From the IMG/VR virus record IMGVR_UViG_2910510430_000001, positions 1 to 64,000 of that record: a DNA stretch of 64,000 nt; one strand, 5' to 3'. The DNA comes from a virus. Taxonomy: Duplodnaviria > Caudoviricetes. Of the stretch, positions 1 to 9,395 are shown piece by piece. Positions within the stretch are counted from its first letter, which is position 1; each line of letters opens with the position of its first letter. The translations under genes and the position numbers were made by a program. Under the pieces are notes generated by a model. That model was not told the origin of the DNA. It ran no database searches and saw only the letters and a list, made by a program, of their open reading frames with translations.

Positions 1-312
1 ATGTCTGATGACGATCTGCCGAAATACCCGCTGGTAAAGGCGCTTGAGTACATCGACAAGCACACAGGGTCATCGGCCTGCCCATTTTGCCAGAATGTTA
101 GCTGGGTCGCGGAGACCGACGCAGACACGGTATGGGAACTCGCACAGGACTCGCCCGCGCCAACCTACGTGATGAAAGACCCTCGCGGATTCTTCGGCCC
201 AGCTCCATCGGTGCCGGCGCTCACGCTAACCTGCACAAAGTGCGGGTTCATGCGGTCGCACAATCTCCCTTGGATCATGGAGAAGATTGGGAAGCCCGAT
301 GAGTCTGCATGA
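1..312 (+). CDS. Hypothetical zinc-ribbon protein
   Basis: CPFC and CTKC motifs; coherent ORF (may extend upstream of window). Confidence 0.6.
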   Translation: MSDDDLPKYPLVKALEYIDKHTGSSACPFCQNVSWVAETDADTVWELAQDSPAPTYVMKDPRGFFGPAPSVPALTLTCTKCGFMRSHNLPWIMEKIGKPDESA

Positions 313-841
313 ACGCCGAGACAGCACTCCGCCCAGCCTCACGCCGGTGAAGGGAACGCGAGACGAGATGATCTCGCTGCTCACCGATATCCGGGATCGC
401 TTGCCCTCTGGTGGTGGCGGGAGCATATATGACGACATGGGAACCGATCGTATTGCCCGGCTTGAAACTTCGATGTCGCGTCTTGAGGGTGCCTTTGACG
501 GCCTCAAGCACGTCCAGACGCTCACGCTGAGCGTGATCAGCATCGCTGTCGCATTGGCCATTTTCGGTGGCGGATACGTACTGACGCGGGTCGACGCCCT
601 ATCAACACGGATCGAAGCCCTGCCGGGCCAGATTAGCAGCGACATTCAGGAGCTGAACCGAACGCTCTCGCAGTCGATCACCGCGGCCCGCTCGGTCGAG
701 AGCCCAGCACCGGTGGTTATCCAACTGCCGGATTCCTTCGTCGGCACCTCCGCTGGAGGAGATGGAGGAAACGAAATAACCCGACCGGACGGTCCAGGCA
801 CCGAAAATCAGACGTTAGAATTTCAGCAGCAGAGAAATTAG
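287..841 (+). CDS. Hypothetical membrane-anchored coiled-coil protein (start uncertain)
   Basis: RIARLE heptads, one hydrophobic segment (TLSVISIAVALAIFGGGYVL), followed by a terminator. Confidence 0.6.
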   Translation: MGSPMSLHERRDSTPPSLTPVKGTRDEMISLLTDIRDRLPSGGGGSIYDDMGTDRIARLETSMSRLEGAFDGLKHVQTLTLSVISIAVALAIFGGGYVLTRVDALSTRIEALPGQISSDIQELNRTLSQSITAARSVESPAPVVIQLPDSFVGTSAGGDGGNEITRPDGPGTENQTLEFQQQRN

Positions 842-866
842 GCCTCGCTTCGGCGGGGCTTTTTTT
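842..866 (+). terminator. Rho-independent terminator
   Basis: GCCTCGC-TTCG-GCGGGGC then T7, directly after stop at 841. Confidence 0.85.
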
Positions 867-969
867 GAGCTCGCGTCCGTGCGGGTGAGCCTACCCTTCG
901 ACCGCTCGCTTGTATCGACAGGCTCGGATGTAGAAATCCATTCCTGCTAGAGCCGTTCCGTAGAAGGAA

Positions 970-1287
970 TTACTCCCTCCCGAACCCTGCCTCAAAGGCC
1001 TCCCAGTCGATCGGGTCGGGCTCCCGGCCGCAGTTCGAGGGCGCCATCAGCGCGTTGTAGGCCCAGCGGATCATCTCGCGAGCGACCGGCCTCAACCTCT
1101 TCCACTGCCCGACGTTCATGCCGGCGGCGACGTGGAGCGTCTTGGCGGGCCGTGTGTGTCGCGGGGCCTTCTTGATCTTGCCCTGTGCGGCGGCGTCAGG
1201 AATGCGGACGGTCGCCAGGCCAGGGATCACGATGCCGTCCCGGTAGGCGCACCAGGGCGTGGTCGAAGGTGTGGCCATGATGGCCAT
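970..1287 (-). CDS. Hypothetical protein
   Basis: Abuts upstream ORF stop at 1290; same-strand operon. Confidence 0.5.
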   Translation of the reverse strand: MAIMATPSTTPWCAYRDGIVIPGLATVRIPDAAAQGKIKKAPRHTRPAKTLHVAAGMNVGQWKRLRPVAREMIRWAYNALMAPSNCGREPDPIDWEAFEAGFGRE

Positions 1288-1289
1288 AC

Positions 1290-1733
1290 CTATGCCGCCG
1301 CACGGATCGCCATGGCTGCCTCCAGACGGGCGTAGATAAGCCCGCGCAGAGTATGCCGCACCGGCCACGGCCGAAGCGCTACAGCGCTTTCCCTGAGGCT
1401 CCTGAGCGGGATTGCATCGAAGGCGTCGAGGAGGGCCCCGCCGGCATCCCGCCAGTCCGGCCGCGCGGCCAGAATGTCGCTGATGGCGAGGATGGTCTCG
1501 CTCCACATTTCCTCACGGTTCGCCCGGGTTTCCCGGATGCACCGGAGGACGGTGATGAGGTGCCCTTCGCCATGCCCGGCGACGATCGCCTTGAAGGCAC
1601 CGCGGGCGTGGGTCTCGTTCGGCCCCCGGCGGCGCCAGGTCGGAATGATCCGGATCCCGAGTTGATCGGCGAGGGCATCGAGGCGGCCCTTCGGACGGCA
1701 GGCCTTCGGTTTCGCGTCGATAACCAAACTCAT
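1290..1733 (-). CDS. Hypothetical phage protein
   Basis: Helical, protein-like composition (GEGHLITVLRCIRET...WSETILAISDIL); operon context. Confidence 0.6.
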   Translation of the reverse strand: MSLVIDAKPKACRPKGRLDALADQLGIRIIPTWRRRGPNETHARGAFKAIVAGHGEGHLITVLRCIRETRANREEMWSETILAISDILAARPDWRDAGGALLDAFDAIPLRSLRESAVALRPWPVRHTLRGLIYARLEAAMAIRAAA

Positions 1734-1854
1734 CGCCCATGAGCCTCGCCGATCAGGAAATCCTATCGGTGTTGTAGGCTGCGGGCGACGGGTCGGCAAC
1801 TCACCGATGCTTATGGCAAGCCCATTCACTGACCGATACCGTGGTCACACCGCT

Positions 1855-2211
1855 TTAGACTACAGTGGGGATGATAGCCGAAATGAGCAGGATGGCCCCG
1901 ACTGCGATGAGGGCGCACACAGCGACGGTAACGATGTCTGACGATCGCGTCTTGGGCTCGTCCCGATCAAGCCGGCCCGCGAGATCCAAACTCCGGCGCA
2001 ATGCTGCTCGCCGCTCCTCGGCCAACCGGTCGACAGGGTCCGGTCGACCCTTGCGAAGCGCATGGCGCCTCGACCCCATCTCTATCCCGTGAGTTCTCTT
2101 TCCGAATGTTTTCATAACCTTCCCGGGCTTAGTTCGCTCGAACAAACTAGGTTCCGGAGGTGAATGAACGGCTACCGTAGAAGATCGAAGTGGAGTGATC
2201 ACGGTGAGCAT
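1855..2211 (-). CDS. Hypothetical protein with C-terminal transmembrane helix
   Basis: Hydrophobic C-terminus IVTVAVCALIAVGAILLISAII; start uncertain. Confidence 0.45.
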   Translation of the reverse strand: MLTVITPLRSSTVAVHSPPEPSLFERTKPGKVMKTFGKRTHGIEMGSRRHALRKGRPDPVDRLAEERRAALRRSLDLAGRLDRDEPKTRSSDIVTVAVCALIAVGAILLISAIIPTVV

Positions 2212-2226
2212 GGCCGGTTAATCGCC

Positions 2227-2697
2227 TTATCGGAAGACTGAACGAGCCACGCTGGACAGTAGACCGCCGCCGCTGCTCTTCTCGACCGAATAGGACACCC
2301 GGGCGCGCATCTCGCCGGTGTCGATGAGAGGCGACGAGCTTCCTTTCAGACGGATCGTAACCGGGCTGTTCGGCGGCGACTGGAGCGACGTGATGGTGCT
2401 CTGCACATCACCCTGGGCGAGGATGCCGAGACGCGACAGGATGGCCTCAGGGTCCACCCGGTGCCCGGCGATGATCGCCCTCACAATGCCGCGCATCTCT
2501 GCCTTCATGGCGTGCTGGTACTTCCCGCGGTTCGCACGCATGGTGCTCCGAAGCATCGGGCGCTCTGGAATAGGCCCACCGAACCCGCCGCCGCGTGGCG
2601 TCTTGACGCCCGCCCGTGCCAGCTTGGCCCGTGCCACCAGATAGCCGGCGGACGTGACCCTGATCCCGTCAACGGGCGAAGCGTCCGCGAACAGCAT
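2227..2697 (-). CDS. Chimeric head-morphogenesis protein: DUF2213-like N-terminus fused to neck/virion-morphogenesis-like C-terminus
   Basis: N-term MLFADASPVDGIRVTSAGYLVARAKLARAG recalls DUF2213 starts; C-term IPERPMLR...SPPNSP.TI..KGSS.PLIDTG.MR recalls phage neck proteins (recall, not searched). Confidence 0.6.
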   Translation of the reverse strand: MLFADASPVDGIRVTSAGYLVARAKLARAGVKTPRGGGFGGPIPERPMLRSTMRANRGKYQHAMKAEMRGIVRAIIAGHRVDPEAILSRLGILAQGDVQSTITSLQSPPNSPVTIRLKGSSSPLIDTGEMRARVSYSVEKSSGGGLLSSVARSVFR

Positions 2698-2700
2698 CGA

Positions 2701-3211
2701 TCAGCCCTTCCAGGCGTTCGAAGTACGATGCTTCATCGCCTCATAGGAGGCTTCCACGCCGGCCTTGGCATCGTCGAGGCCTCGAGCTTTGGCGTCGACG
2801 AAGGCCTGGTCGCGGACACGATCGTTCTCGGCCGAAATGCTGTCGGCTACGGCGACCTTCGAAGCGCCAGCGTCCTGCCGATGAGCAGTCGACAGGTTCT
2901 CCACCATCCGATCATAGGCGGCATCACGCTGGGCAATCGCCCGCTGCGCCTCCGGAGTATCGGCAGCCGCGTCGAGGGCGGCGTAATATTCCTCAGCCGG
3001 TCGGCCGCCGACGATGCAGCCGCGGACGTTGTCGTATTGCGGAAGCTTGGCGCGATCGGCGATCGACATCGGGGCGCCGGTGGCGCTGTCCATCATCATC
3101 GCCGACGGCCTGCTTCGATGCGGCCTCGGCCTCGAAGATCAAGGATTCGACGCCCTGGCTCTTGCCGGCCTTGATCGCGGCCTGGATGCGTTCGTTCAAC
3201 GGCGTTCCCAT
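2701..3211 (-). pseudogene. Scaffold-like protein, possibly split by a 1-nt frameshift near 3103 (ORFs 2993-3211 and 2701-3099)
   Basis: Two helices (AYDRMVENLSTAH, SYEAMKHRTSNAW) recall DUF2213 C-termini; deleting one G in GTCGGCGATG joins the two frames. Confidence 0.45.
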
Positions 3212-3501
3212 CAGGCCATCTCCTCGCGGGAGTTGCGCTGGGCCTGCTTCGCCTTGATGGTCGCCGCGACCTCGGCGTTGCGCTCGTAGTTCGTCTTCGG
3301 CACGTCGATCCCGGCGGCGCGGGCGCGCTCGGCAATCATCTGTTCCACGAGGGCGAGCGGGCTGCTGTGCTCGATGGCGACGAGCTTCATCAGCGCATCC
3401 TCAATTCCAGCCTTGGTGAAGCCGGAGATATTCATCGAGACGGTGCGCTCCGGATCCCGGGTCGGCGCCCGCTTTTTCGTTTCCTCAGTGATGACGACCA
3501 C
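3211..3501 (-). CDS. Hypothetical protein
   Basis: Stop/start overlap with downstream ORF; helical composition. Confidence 0.55.
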   Translation of the reverse strand: MVVITEETKKRAPTRDPERTVSMNISGFTKAGIEDALMKLVAIEHSSPLALVEQMIAERARAAGIDVPKTNYERNAEVAATIKAKQAQRNSREEMA

Positions 3502-3546
3502 GGGGGCCTCCTTTTTCTGGTGTCGGAAAACTACCCTGGCGATGGC

Positions 3547-3753
3547 TCACGCGGCCTCGCTTCCGGCAGGCACGTCGCCGGCGCGGAACACGCCTGGAAA
3601 CGACGCGCCGGAGCGGGCCAGCTTCTCGGCCGCGGCGGTGATGACGAATTCGTTGGGGGTAATGCCGGCGCGATTGGCCGCGTCAAAAAGCGCCTCGCGG
3701 AAGTCGGACGTGACGCGGGCACCGTTCAGGAAGAGTTGAGCTGTTGCCATCAT
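3547..3753 (-). CDS. Small ribbon-helix-helix-like DNA-binding protein
   Basis: FREALFDAANRAGITPNEFVITAA pattern. Confidence 0.5.
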   Translation of the reverse strand: MMATAQLFLNGARVTSDFREALFDAANRAGITPNEFVITAAAEKLARSGASFPGVFRAGDVPAGSEAA

Positions 3754-3826
3754 AGCCTCCGTTGTTGGAAGCTATTGGATCACGGGTGCTTTTACATGGC
3801 GACTTGGCACGGGTTATCTTACCCTA

Positions 3827-4120
3827 TCATTCCGGGATATTCAGGAACGCAAGATAACGCTGAACCTCAGGAGCACTCCGCTCGCCCTCGCGCAACATCT
3901 CTAGGGCCGCCATGTCGCCGTGCAGCACCATTTCCAGGGCGACGCGCGATATCTCTTGTGGCGAATTGGGCGTCGTCTGCCGACTGATGCCATATTGCTT
4001 GCACCAGCGACGTATTTGGACTTCAGACCGTCTCGCATAAGCAGAGGCACGTGCAAGCGATATGATCTCGTCACGACGCATCAAGACTGGCAGCGGCGCG
4101 GGCATCATCCGAGCGTCCAT
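3827..4120 (-). CDS. Hypothetical HTH-like protein
   Basis: ISLARASAYARRSEVQIRRWCKQYG helix-turn-helix pattern; overlaps TerL stop. Confidence 0.55.
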   Translation of the reverse strand: MDARMMPAPLPVLMRRDEIISLARASAYARRSEVQIRRWCKQYGISRQTTPNSPQEISRVALEMVLHGDMAALEMLREGERSAPEVQRYLAFLNIPE

Positions 4121-5529
4121 GCTTCGATGTTATAGCCGCTGCCGGCCGTTTTGAGCGTGGACAGAATGCCGGCAACCGCGTTGGCTACGTCGTCGTGACC
4201 ACCCGGCGCATGATCGATGCTGTCACGGCCGCCGCGGCTGGTTCGCCGCTCGAGCCCTACGATCTGCGTCACGATCCGTTCGCTGTCCAGAAGTTCAACC
4301 TCGCCACTGTTCAGGTACGGCAGAAGATCGCGGTACAGGTCTGACTTCGGCTTGGCCGACGGGTCGTAGGTAATATTGTGGTTCCCGAAGGCCTCGCGCG
4401 GCCATTCGCCTGCGTAGCGGTCGCCAACGATCTTGTGGACGCGATAGCGCTTCAGAAGCTGCGCATAATCCGACACCACCGCCTCCGGGCTGAAGGGCGG
4501 CTTCGTCTCCCGCACGGCATCGAGGATGGCGACCTTCTTAGACCCGGTTCCCTCCAGATGCCCGATGGCCAGCGTGAAGCTGTCAGCGCTGCCGCCAGAC
4601 GGATCGACGAAAGCCTTGTATTGGACCGTCGACAAGGGCGCCCGCTCATAGACCCCGAGCGACACGCAAGCCTCGACAACCTCCCGCGTAACGAATGCTT
4701 CGATGTCCGTCCTGAACTCGGCGAGGTACTCGGCCCGGGCAGAGGACTCGTCCCGTTCCATGGCCCGGTCCACGACCTTCTGCGGCAGGGATGGATTCAG
4801 CGTGCGGGATGGCGCCTGCGCCACGAGGATGAGCGGATCGCCCTTGGGTCCGTAGTGCCTGCGCCAGTTGGTGTAGACCTCGCCACGGCGGGCATAGGGC
4901 GATGAGATCACGATCAGCGGCCCGCCGGTGGTGGCCAGGGCCGGACGGATGGCGTTCAGGATCTCGGTGTCGGGATTGGCCGAATTGTCCGATCGCCAGA
5001 ACGCAGCCTCGTCGCCGATCGCCGCCACCGCGGTGATGCCACGAGCGGTTCTGTAGCTGGCTGGCCGGACCTCCAGATCGACCCCGGTGCTAAGGCTGAT
5101 CGTCTCGGCCGTCTTGTTCGTCACCAGCCCGGCGAGCATGGGGACCGTCTCGAAGATGCCGGCGGCATAGCCATAGGCGACCGCTGCCTGTCGGGTGGAC
5201 GCGGCCATGAAGGGGATCACCCCGCGCTCACCCTGAGCCAGCTTCTGAGAGTGGTCGACGAAGGATCCGAAGTAGGTTGCCAGGACTGCCGCAGCGCGAG
5301 TCTTGCCGCCACGACGCCCGACCACAGCCCAGAACTCTTCGACCATCTCCATCGGTTCGACATCGCGACCGGTGAGGGCTGTGAAGATCGCCCGCTCTTC
5401 GTCGTCGAGGCGCTCGCCCATGACGGCGATGAGGAGGGCACGCCACGCCTTCCACGTGTCGCCCGGCATCACGCTCCCGAGGAGCTGAGGATCGGCCAAG
5501 GCTTCGCGCATCGTGATCAGGGCGCTCAA
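4105..5529 (-). CDS. terL: Terminase large subunit (T4 gp17/Terminase_6-like)
   Basis: Walker A GRRGGKT, Walker B IGDEAAF, RNase H-like AFVDPSGG and HDDVANA. Confidence 0.9.
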   Translation of the reverse strand: MSALITMREALADPQLLGSVMPGDTWKAWRALLIAVMGERLDDEERAIFTALTGRDVEPMEMVEEFWAVVGRRGGKTRAAAVLATYFGSFVDHSQKLAQGERGVIPFMAASTRQAAVAYGYAAGIFETVPMLAGLVTNKTAETISLSTGVDLEVRPASYRTARGITAVAAIGDEAAFWRSDNSANPDTEILNAIRPALATTGGPLIVISSPYARRGEVYTNWRRHYGPKGDPLILVAQAPSRTLNPSLPQKVVDRAMERDESSARAEYLAEFRTDIEAFVTREVVEACVSLGVYERAPLSTVQYKAFVDPSGGSADSFTLAIGHLEGTGSKKVAILDAVRETKPPFSPEAVVSDYAQLLKRYRVHKIVGDRYAGEWPREAFGNHNITYDPSAKPKSDLYRDLLPYLNSGEVELLDSERIVTQIVGLERRTSRGGRDSIDHAPGGHDDVANAVAGILSTLKTAGSGYNIEAWTLG

Positions 5530-5918
5530 ACGGCGACCCTCCCGCCGAGGTAGCTGGCAAGATCAGGAGCTTTCGGCTTGGCGGCCTGCGCCTTCACGCC
5601 GATGTCCTTCATCATCCGAGCCAGGGTGTTCGACAGCCGCACGAGCTGCTCGGCGTCGATCGTCTCGCCCCTGACGATGGCGGACTGCATCCGCTCTGCC
5701 TGGATCATCACGCCGGCCGCGTGACGGACCATCGCCCGCTGCGGTTCGGTGAGGGAGGCTTCGCCCCCAAGCTCGTCGGAGAGGGAACGCACCAGGTCTC
5801 GGAAGCGGCGGGCGGATGCGCTCCGGCCGTCCACTCCGGAAAGTAGCCGCGTTCCATTCGATACCGCAGCACGAGCGGCGGAGGATCGGCCTGCGAAGGA
5901 TGGTGCAATCGTGTCCAT
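5526..5918 (-). CDS. Putative terminase small subunit
   Basis: Helical 130-aa ORF translationally coupled (ATGA) directly upstream of terL. Confidence 0.6.
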   Translation of the reverse strand: MDTIAPSFAGRSSAARAAVSNGTRLLSGVDGRSASARRFRDLVRSLSDELGGEASLTEPQRAMVRHAAGVMIQAERMQSAIVRGETIDAEQLVRLSNTLARMMKDIGVKAQAAKPKAPDLASYLGGRVAV

Positions 5919-6061
5919 GTCCGAAGAAATGAACCGATTTCGGCGGCACTTCAACGGCAGTTGCGCGAGCTAGACTGGCGCTAGTTCACCTGTTGCATGT
6001 TGTTGCCTGTTCACGCACTTGGCTGCTCAAGACGAGCGTGGGATATTTATTTTCGCTGGCC

Positions 6062-6070
6062 TGTGGATAA
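6062..6070 (-). promoter_or_regulatory. Consensus DnaA box
   Basis: TGTGGATAA on + (TTATCCACA on -) in the intergenic region upstream of terS. Confidence 0.45.
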
Positions 6071-6162
6071 GCCTTTGATCGGTTACGCCCTGCATGTCCG
6101 CCAAGGCTACTAGCCTCAATGCGTGGGTTTCCGGACTGGTCCCGCACCGGGCACGGCTATCA

Positions 6163-6645
6163 CTACAGCTGCCGGATGAGCGACGACGCGATTATCAACT
6201 GGATTTGCAGGGCTTTAGTGATCCAGGTGCCAGCGTATGTGAGGTTTAAGAACGGTATCAGCGCCCAGATCAGTTCCTTGAACCCTTGCCAGAATGTTGC
6301 GTGGTCGGTGGCGATCCAACGTGACAGGCCGATCACATAGCCGATGGTGCAGAGGTAGATTTTCACCAGCGTGAACAGGAGCTTGGGGACTTTGTCGAGC
6401 CCCTCCATTCCTTGCGCCGGCTCAAACACCGTTTGGTTCCGCCATTTACCTCTCTTGATGGCTTCCTCCGACATGCCCCACGGGGGAGTTACCTTGACCG
6501 GATCGATCTCAGTGCGGAAGAACCTGGACACCACGGTGTAGGAAACGATGCCAAGCAATAAGGCGAAAATCGCCGTGGGAATGCCGGAGATGCCACCGAT
6601 GATCAGCATGGCCCTCGGTGTGAGATCCGCGAAGTCCATTCCCAA
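6163..6645 (-). CDS. Membrane protein (cargo)
   Basis: Several hydrophobic segments; lower GC. Confidence 0.6.
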   Translation of the reverse strand: MGMDFADLTPRAMLIIGGISGIPTAIFALLLGIVSYTVVSRFFRTEIDPVKVTPPWGMSEEAIKRGKWRNQTVFEPAQGMEGLDKVPKLLFTLVKIYLCTIGYVIGLSRWIATDHATFWQGFKELIWALIPFLNLTYAGTWITKALQIQLIIASSLIRQL

Positions 6646-6685
6646 TCTCCTTCCGACCTGAAACAGGCGGAGCCGTGGAGTGCCA

Positions 6686-7345
6686 CTACGACCCGGCGCG
6701 TTCCATGACCCGCGATACCTGCTTTGCCGTCCACTGGCCGCCCCTCGACGTCGACACGCCCATATCGTTCAGGCTGGCCGCTATGGCGTTCAGGGAAGCG
6801 CCCCCAGCCTTCAGGGGGCCGATCATCTTCATCGCCTGCCCAGCCTCTGCATGGGCCTTCTGCTGGATCGCCACGTTCCGCTGCATCGTCTTGTCCCGGA
6901 TGCCGCCGAGCTTCACGCCGCGGGCCTTGGCGGCCTTCAGAGCGGCCTTGGTGCGCTCGCTGATAAACGTCCGTTCCTGTTCGGCCAGGGCTGCGTAGAT
7001 GTGGAGCTGGAACTTGTCGGCGTAGGGCATCTGGGCAACCCGGAGCTTCAGCCGCTTGTCATCCATGAGCCCGGCGATGAAGGACACCTTGCGGCTGAGG
7101 CGATCGAGCTTGGCCACCAGAAGCTCCGCCCCGCTCTCACGCGCCATCTTCAGGGCAAGGGCGAGCTGCGGGCGGTCATCTTCGCCACCGGACTGGACGT
7201 CCTGAAACCGTCCGAGGATCTCATAGGGCACCTCGGAGAAGGTCGTGAGGAACAGATCGATGTCGCGGTCCTGCGCGTCCAGGCCGAGGCCGCTACGGCT
7301 TTGCTCTGCGGTGCTGACGCGGGTGTAGACAACGTAGCTCTTCAT
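6686..7345 (-). CDS. Serine recombinase (resolvase/invertase family)
   Basis: YTRVST catalytic motif, SG...RPQL, LLVAKLDRLSR, ERTFISERTKAAL. Confidence 0.92.
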   Translation of the reverse strand: MKSYVVYTRVSTAEQSRSGLGLDAQDRDIDLFLTTFSEVPYEILGRFQDVQSGGEDDRPQLALALKMARESGAELLVAKLDRLSRKVSFIAGLMDDKRLKLRVAQMPYADKFQLHIYAALAEQERTFISERTKAALKAAKARGVKLGGIRDKTMQRNVAIQQKAHAEAGQAMKMIGPLKAGGASLNAIAASLNDMGVSTSRGGQWTAKQVSRVMERAGS

Positions 7346-7804
7346 GGCGGCCTCGCTTGTTCGAGACCAAGATATCGACACCGTGTCTAATGTCAACGTT
7401 CATTGTGACTGACACAAGCCACCGCACAAGACGGTCGAACCGTCGGTTTTGGTGGTCAATCTCAAGCGAACCGGCTCGCGGCAAGAACGGGATTTGGGCG
7501 GCGGAAAAAAAGGGCCGTTTTGGTGTTTGAAAAAAATGGGCCCCAGACCGTCGATAAGCCAATCCTATCGTGATGCCGAATGTTGATCGGCTTTCCCTAT
7601 TGGCATCGGTCTTAACGCTGGGCGCGTGAGATCGTCCGCATAGACACCGATGAGCGTTGGATCGCCCATGGTGCATGGTTGCACCTTCCCTGCGGGGGCT
7701 GCGCCCCTTCCTGCTACGTCCTCTCACGTCTACAGGTGTCTCATGCACAGGAGGGCTCGGGATCGGTCCTTCGCGGACACGGGCGTGTTCCTGCACGAAG
7801 CCTG

Positions 7805-8524
7805 ATGATCCATCACGCCGACAACGAGGCACGTGAGTTGGACCCCACTCAGTTGATCTTCACCGCGACGACCTGGATCGTTCCAATTCTCACGGCGATC
7901 ACGCTGCACGAGGCTGCGCATGCCTACAGTGCGTGGCGCCTTGGGGACGATACCGCCTTCAGGCTCGGCCGGGTGACGTTCAACCCCATCCGGCATGTCG
8001 ATCCCTTCGGCACGGTCATCGTTCCCGGTCTGTTGCTCCTCACTGGCGCGCCGTTCCTGTTCGGCTGGGCGAAGCCGGTACCGGTGGCCGTGGGGCGGCT
8101 CGGCAATCCACGTCGCGATATGGCGCTGGTAGCCTTCGCGGGCCCGCTGATGAACGTCGGCCTGGCGATCCTGTCGGCGCTCCTGTTGCGGGCCGTTCCG
8201 CTGTTTCCCGAAGCCGCGGCGCCGTGGATCGTTCAGACGCTCTACCAGTCGATCTTGCTCAATCTGGTGCTGGCGATCTTCAACATGCTCCCGTTGCCGC
8301 CGCTCGACGGTAGCCGCATCCTCGCAAGTCTCCTTCCGGCTGGGCTGGCGCGTCACTACGCCCGGCTGGATCGGTTCGGCTTGCTCATCCTGATCGGGAT
8401 CATCTTCCTCCTTCCGATGCTTGGGCGGCAGGTGGGATTCGATCTGAACCTGTTCCGGTGGCTGGTCGGCGTCCCACTGGCGTGGCTGACGCCGTTCTTC
8501 TTGGCATTGGCAGGAGGCGGATAG
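7805..8524 (+). CDS. Site-2 protease family (M50) intramembrane zinc metalloprotease
   Basis: HEAAH zinc motif, AGPLMN, FNMLPLPPLDG. Confidence 0.92.
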   Translation: MIHHADNEARELDPTQLIFTATTWIVPILTAITLHEAAHAYSAWRLGDDTAFRLGRVTFNPIRHVDPFGTVIVPGLLLLTGAPFLFGWAKPVPVAVGRLGNPRRDMALVAFAGPLMNVGLAILSALLLRAVPLFPEAAAPWIVQTLYQSILLNLVLAIFNMLPLPPLDGSRILASLLPAGLARHYARLDRFGLLILIGIIFLLPMLGRQVGFDLNLFRWLVGVPLAWLTPFFLALAGGG

Positions 8525-8537
8525 CCTGCGCCGAAAC

Positions 8538-8969
8538 TCAGTTGCAGAGATCAGCGCCTTTCCATTCCGCTCCAACGAGGAATGATCCGCCTGCGAATAG
8601 CGAGAAGTGAACTTCAACCGACGCGTTCACGGTCTCCGGGAGTGGATCCATCAAGCAGAACGTGTCCTTCGCGCGCGCCAGCAGCCGCTGCGAGGCTTGG
8701 GAGGCAATGCTCTCGGCCTGAGCCTCCGTCGGCGGCGTGGTGCTGTCTAACTCTGCATCTCCTTCGGCTGACGTGTAGGCTTCGGCAGCTGCCGGAGTCA
8801 GCGGTCGGAGCTCGATCTCCCCGTTCGGAAGGATCACCGCCTCGAACTGCAACGACATCGTATCAGAGCTCTCCGTCGTGATAGCGCGTTCCTGCGCGAT
8901 TGCTGTGCCAAGGAACAAGCATGCAAGGACGAAGAGGGTGGAGACAAATCGCAAGTGAATACCTTCCAT
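8538..8969 (-). CDS. Putative exported protein
   Basis: Signal-peptide-like N-terminus (FVLACLFLGTAIAQ). Confidence 0.6.
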   Translation of the reverse strand: MEGIHLRFVSTLFVLACLFLGTAIAQERAITTESSDTMSLQFEAVILPNGEIELRPLTPAAAEAYTSAEGDAELDSTTPPTEAQAESIASQASQRLLARAKDTFCLMDPLPETVNASVEVHFSLFAGGSFLVGAEWKGADLCN

Positions 8970-9059
8970 CTCTTTGCGCTCGAATATGCTGCATTGTTAC
9001 CGTGTTTCGTCTCTCTCCGCTATTTTGTTCGCCATCCGTTGGTCGACCTCCTGCTCGAG

Positions 9060-9200
9060 CTAGGGAGTCGTATCAGGAGAAGGGCGCACAGGTCGGGGGA
9101 GCCGGCCGGCTGACATGAGATCGATCATGGTCCGGCGGCTGAGGCCGACGCGGTCGATGACTGCGCCAATGCCGAGAAAACGAGGAACGGTGCTGCTCAT
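9060..9200 (-). pseudogene. Truncated AlpA-like HTH (46 aa, below ORF-track cutoff)
   Basis: Own translation MSSTVPRFLGIGAVIDRVGLSRRTMIDLMSAGRLPRPVRPSPDTTP*; lacks the AlpA C-terminal helix. Confidence 0.55.
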
Positions 9201-9395
9201 GCGGCTGCCCTTCCGTGCTGAACGCGGAACCGGCGAGATGACGGCTGCTCAGCATCGATGATTTCCGTGACGGACTATTGGCACAGGAACGCCGCGGTTT
9301 ACCAAGCCGATCACTATGGAGGCTGGGGCAGATTGTGCGGCATCGACTGAGCAACTATACGTTCCCCAACGTGATCGGCCGGGAGGGGTCGTGTA

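Noticed and set aside
4105-5918. Adjacent prophage as the helper for element 1
   Set aside because: Terminase classes differ (gp17-like versus gpA/cos), and the DUF2213-like fragments point to a different head type; proximity alone is not evidence
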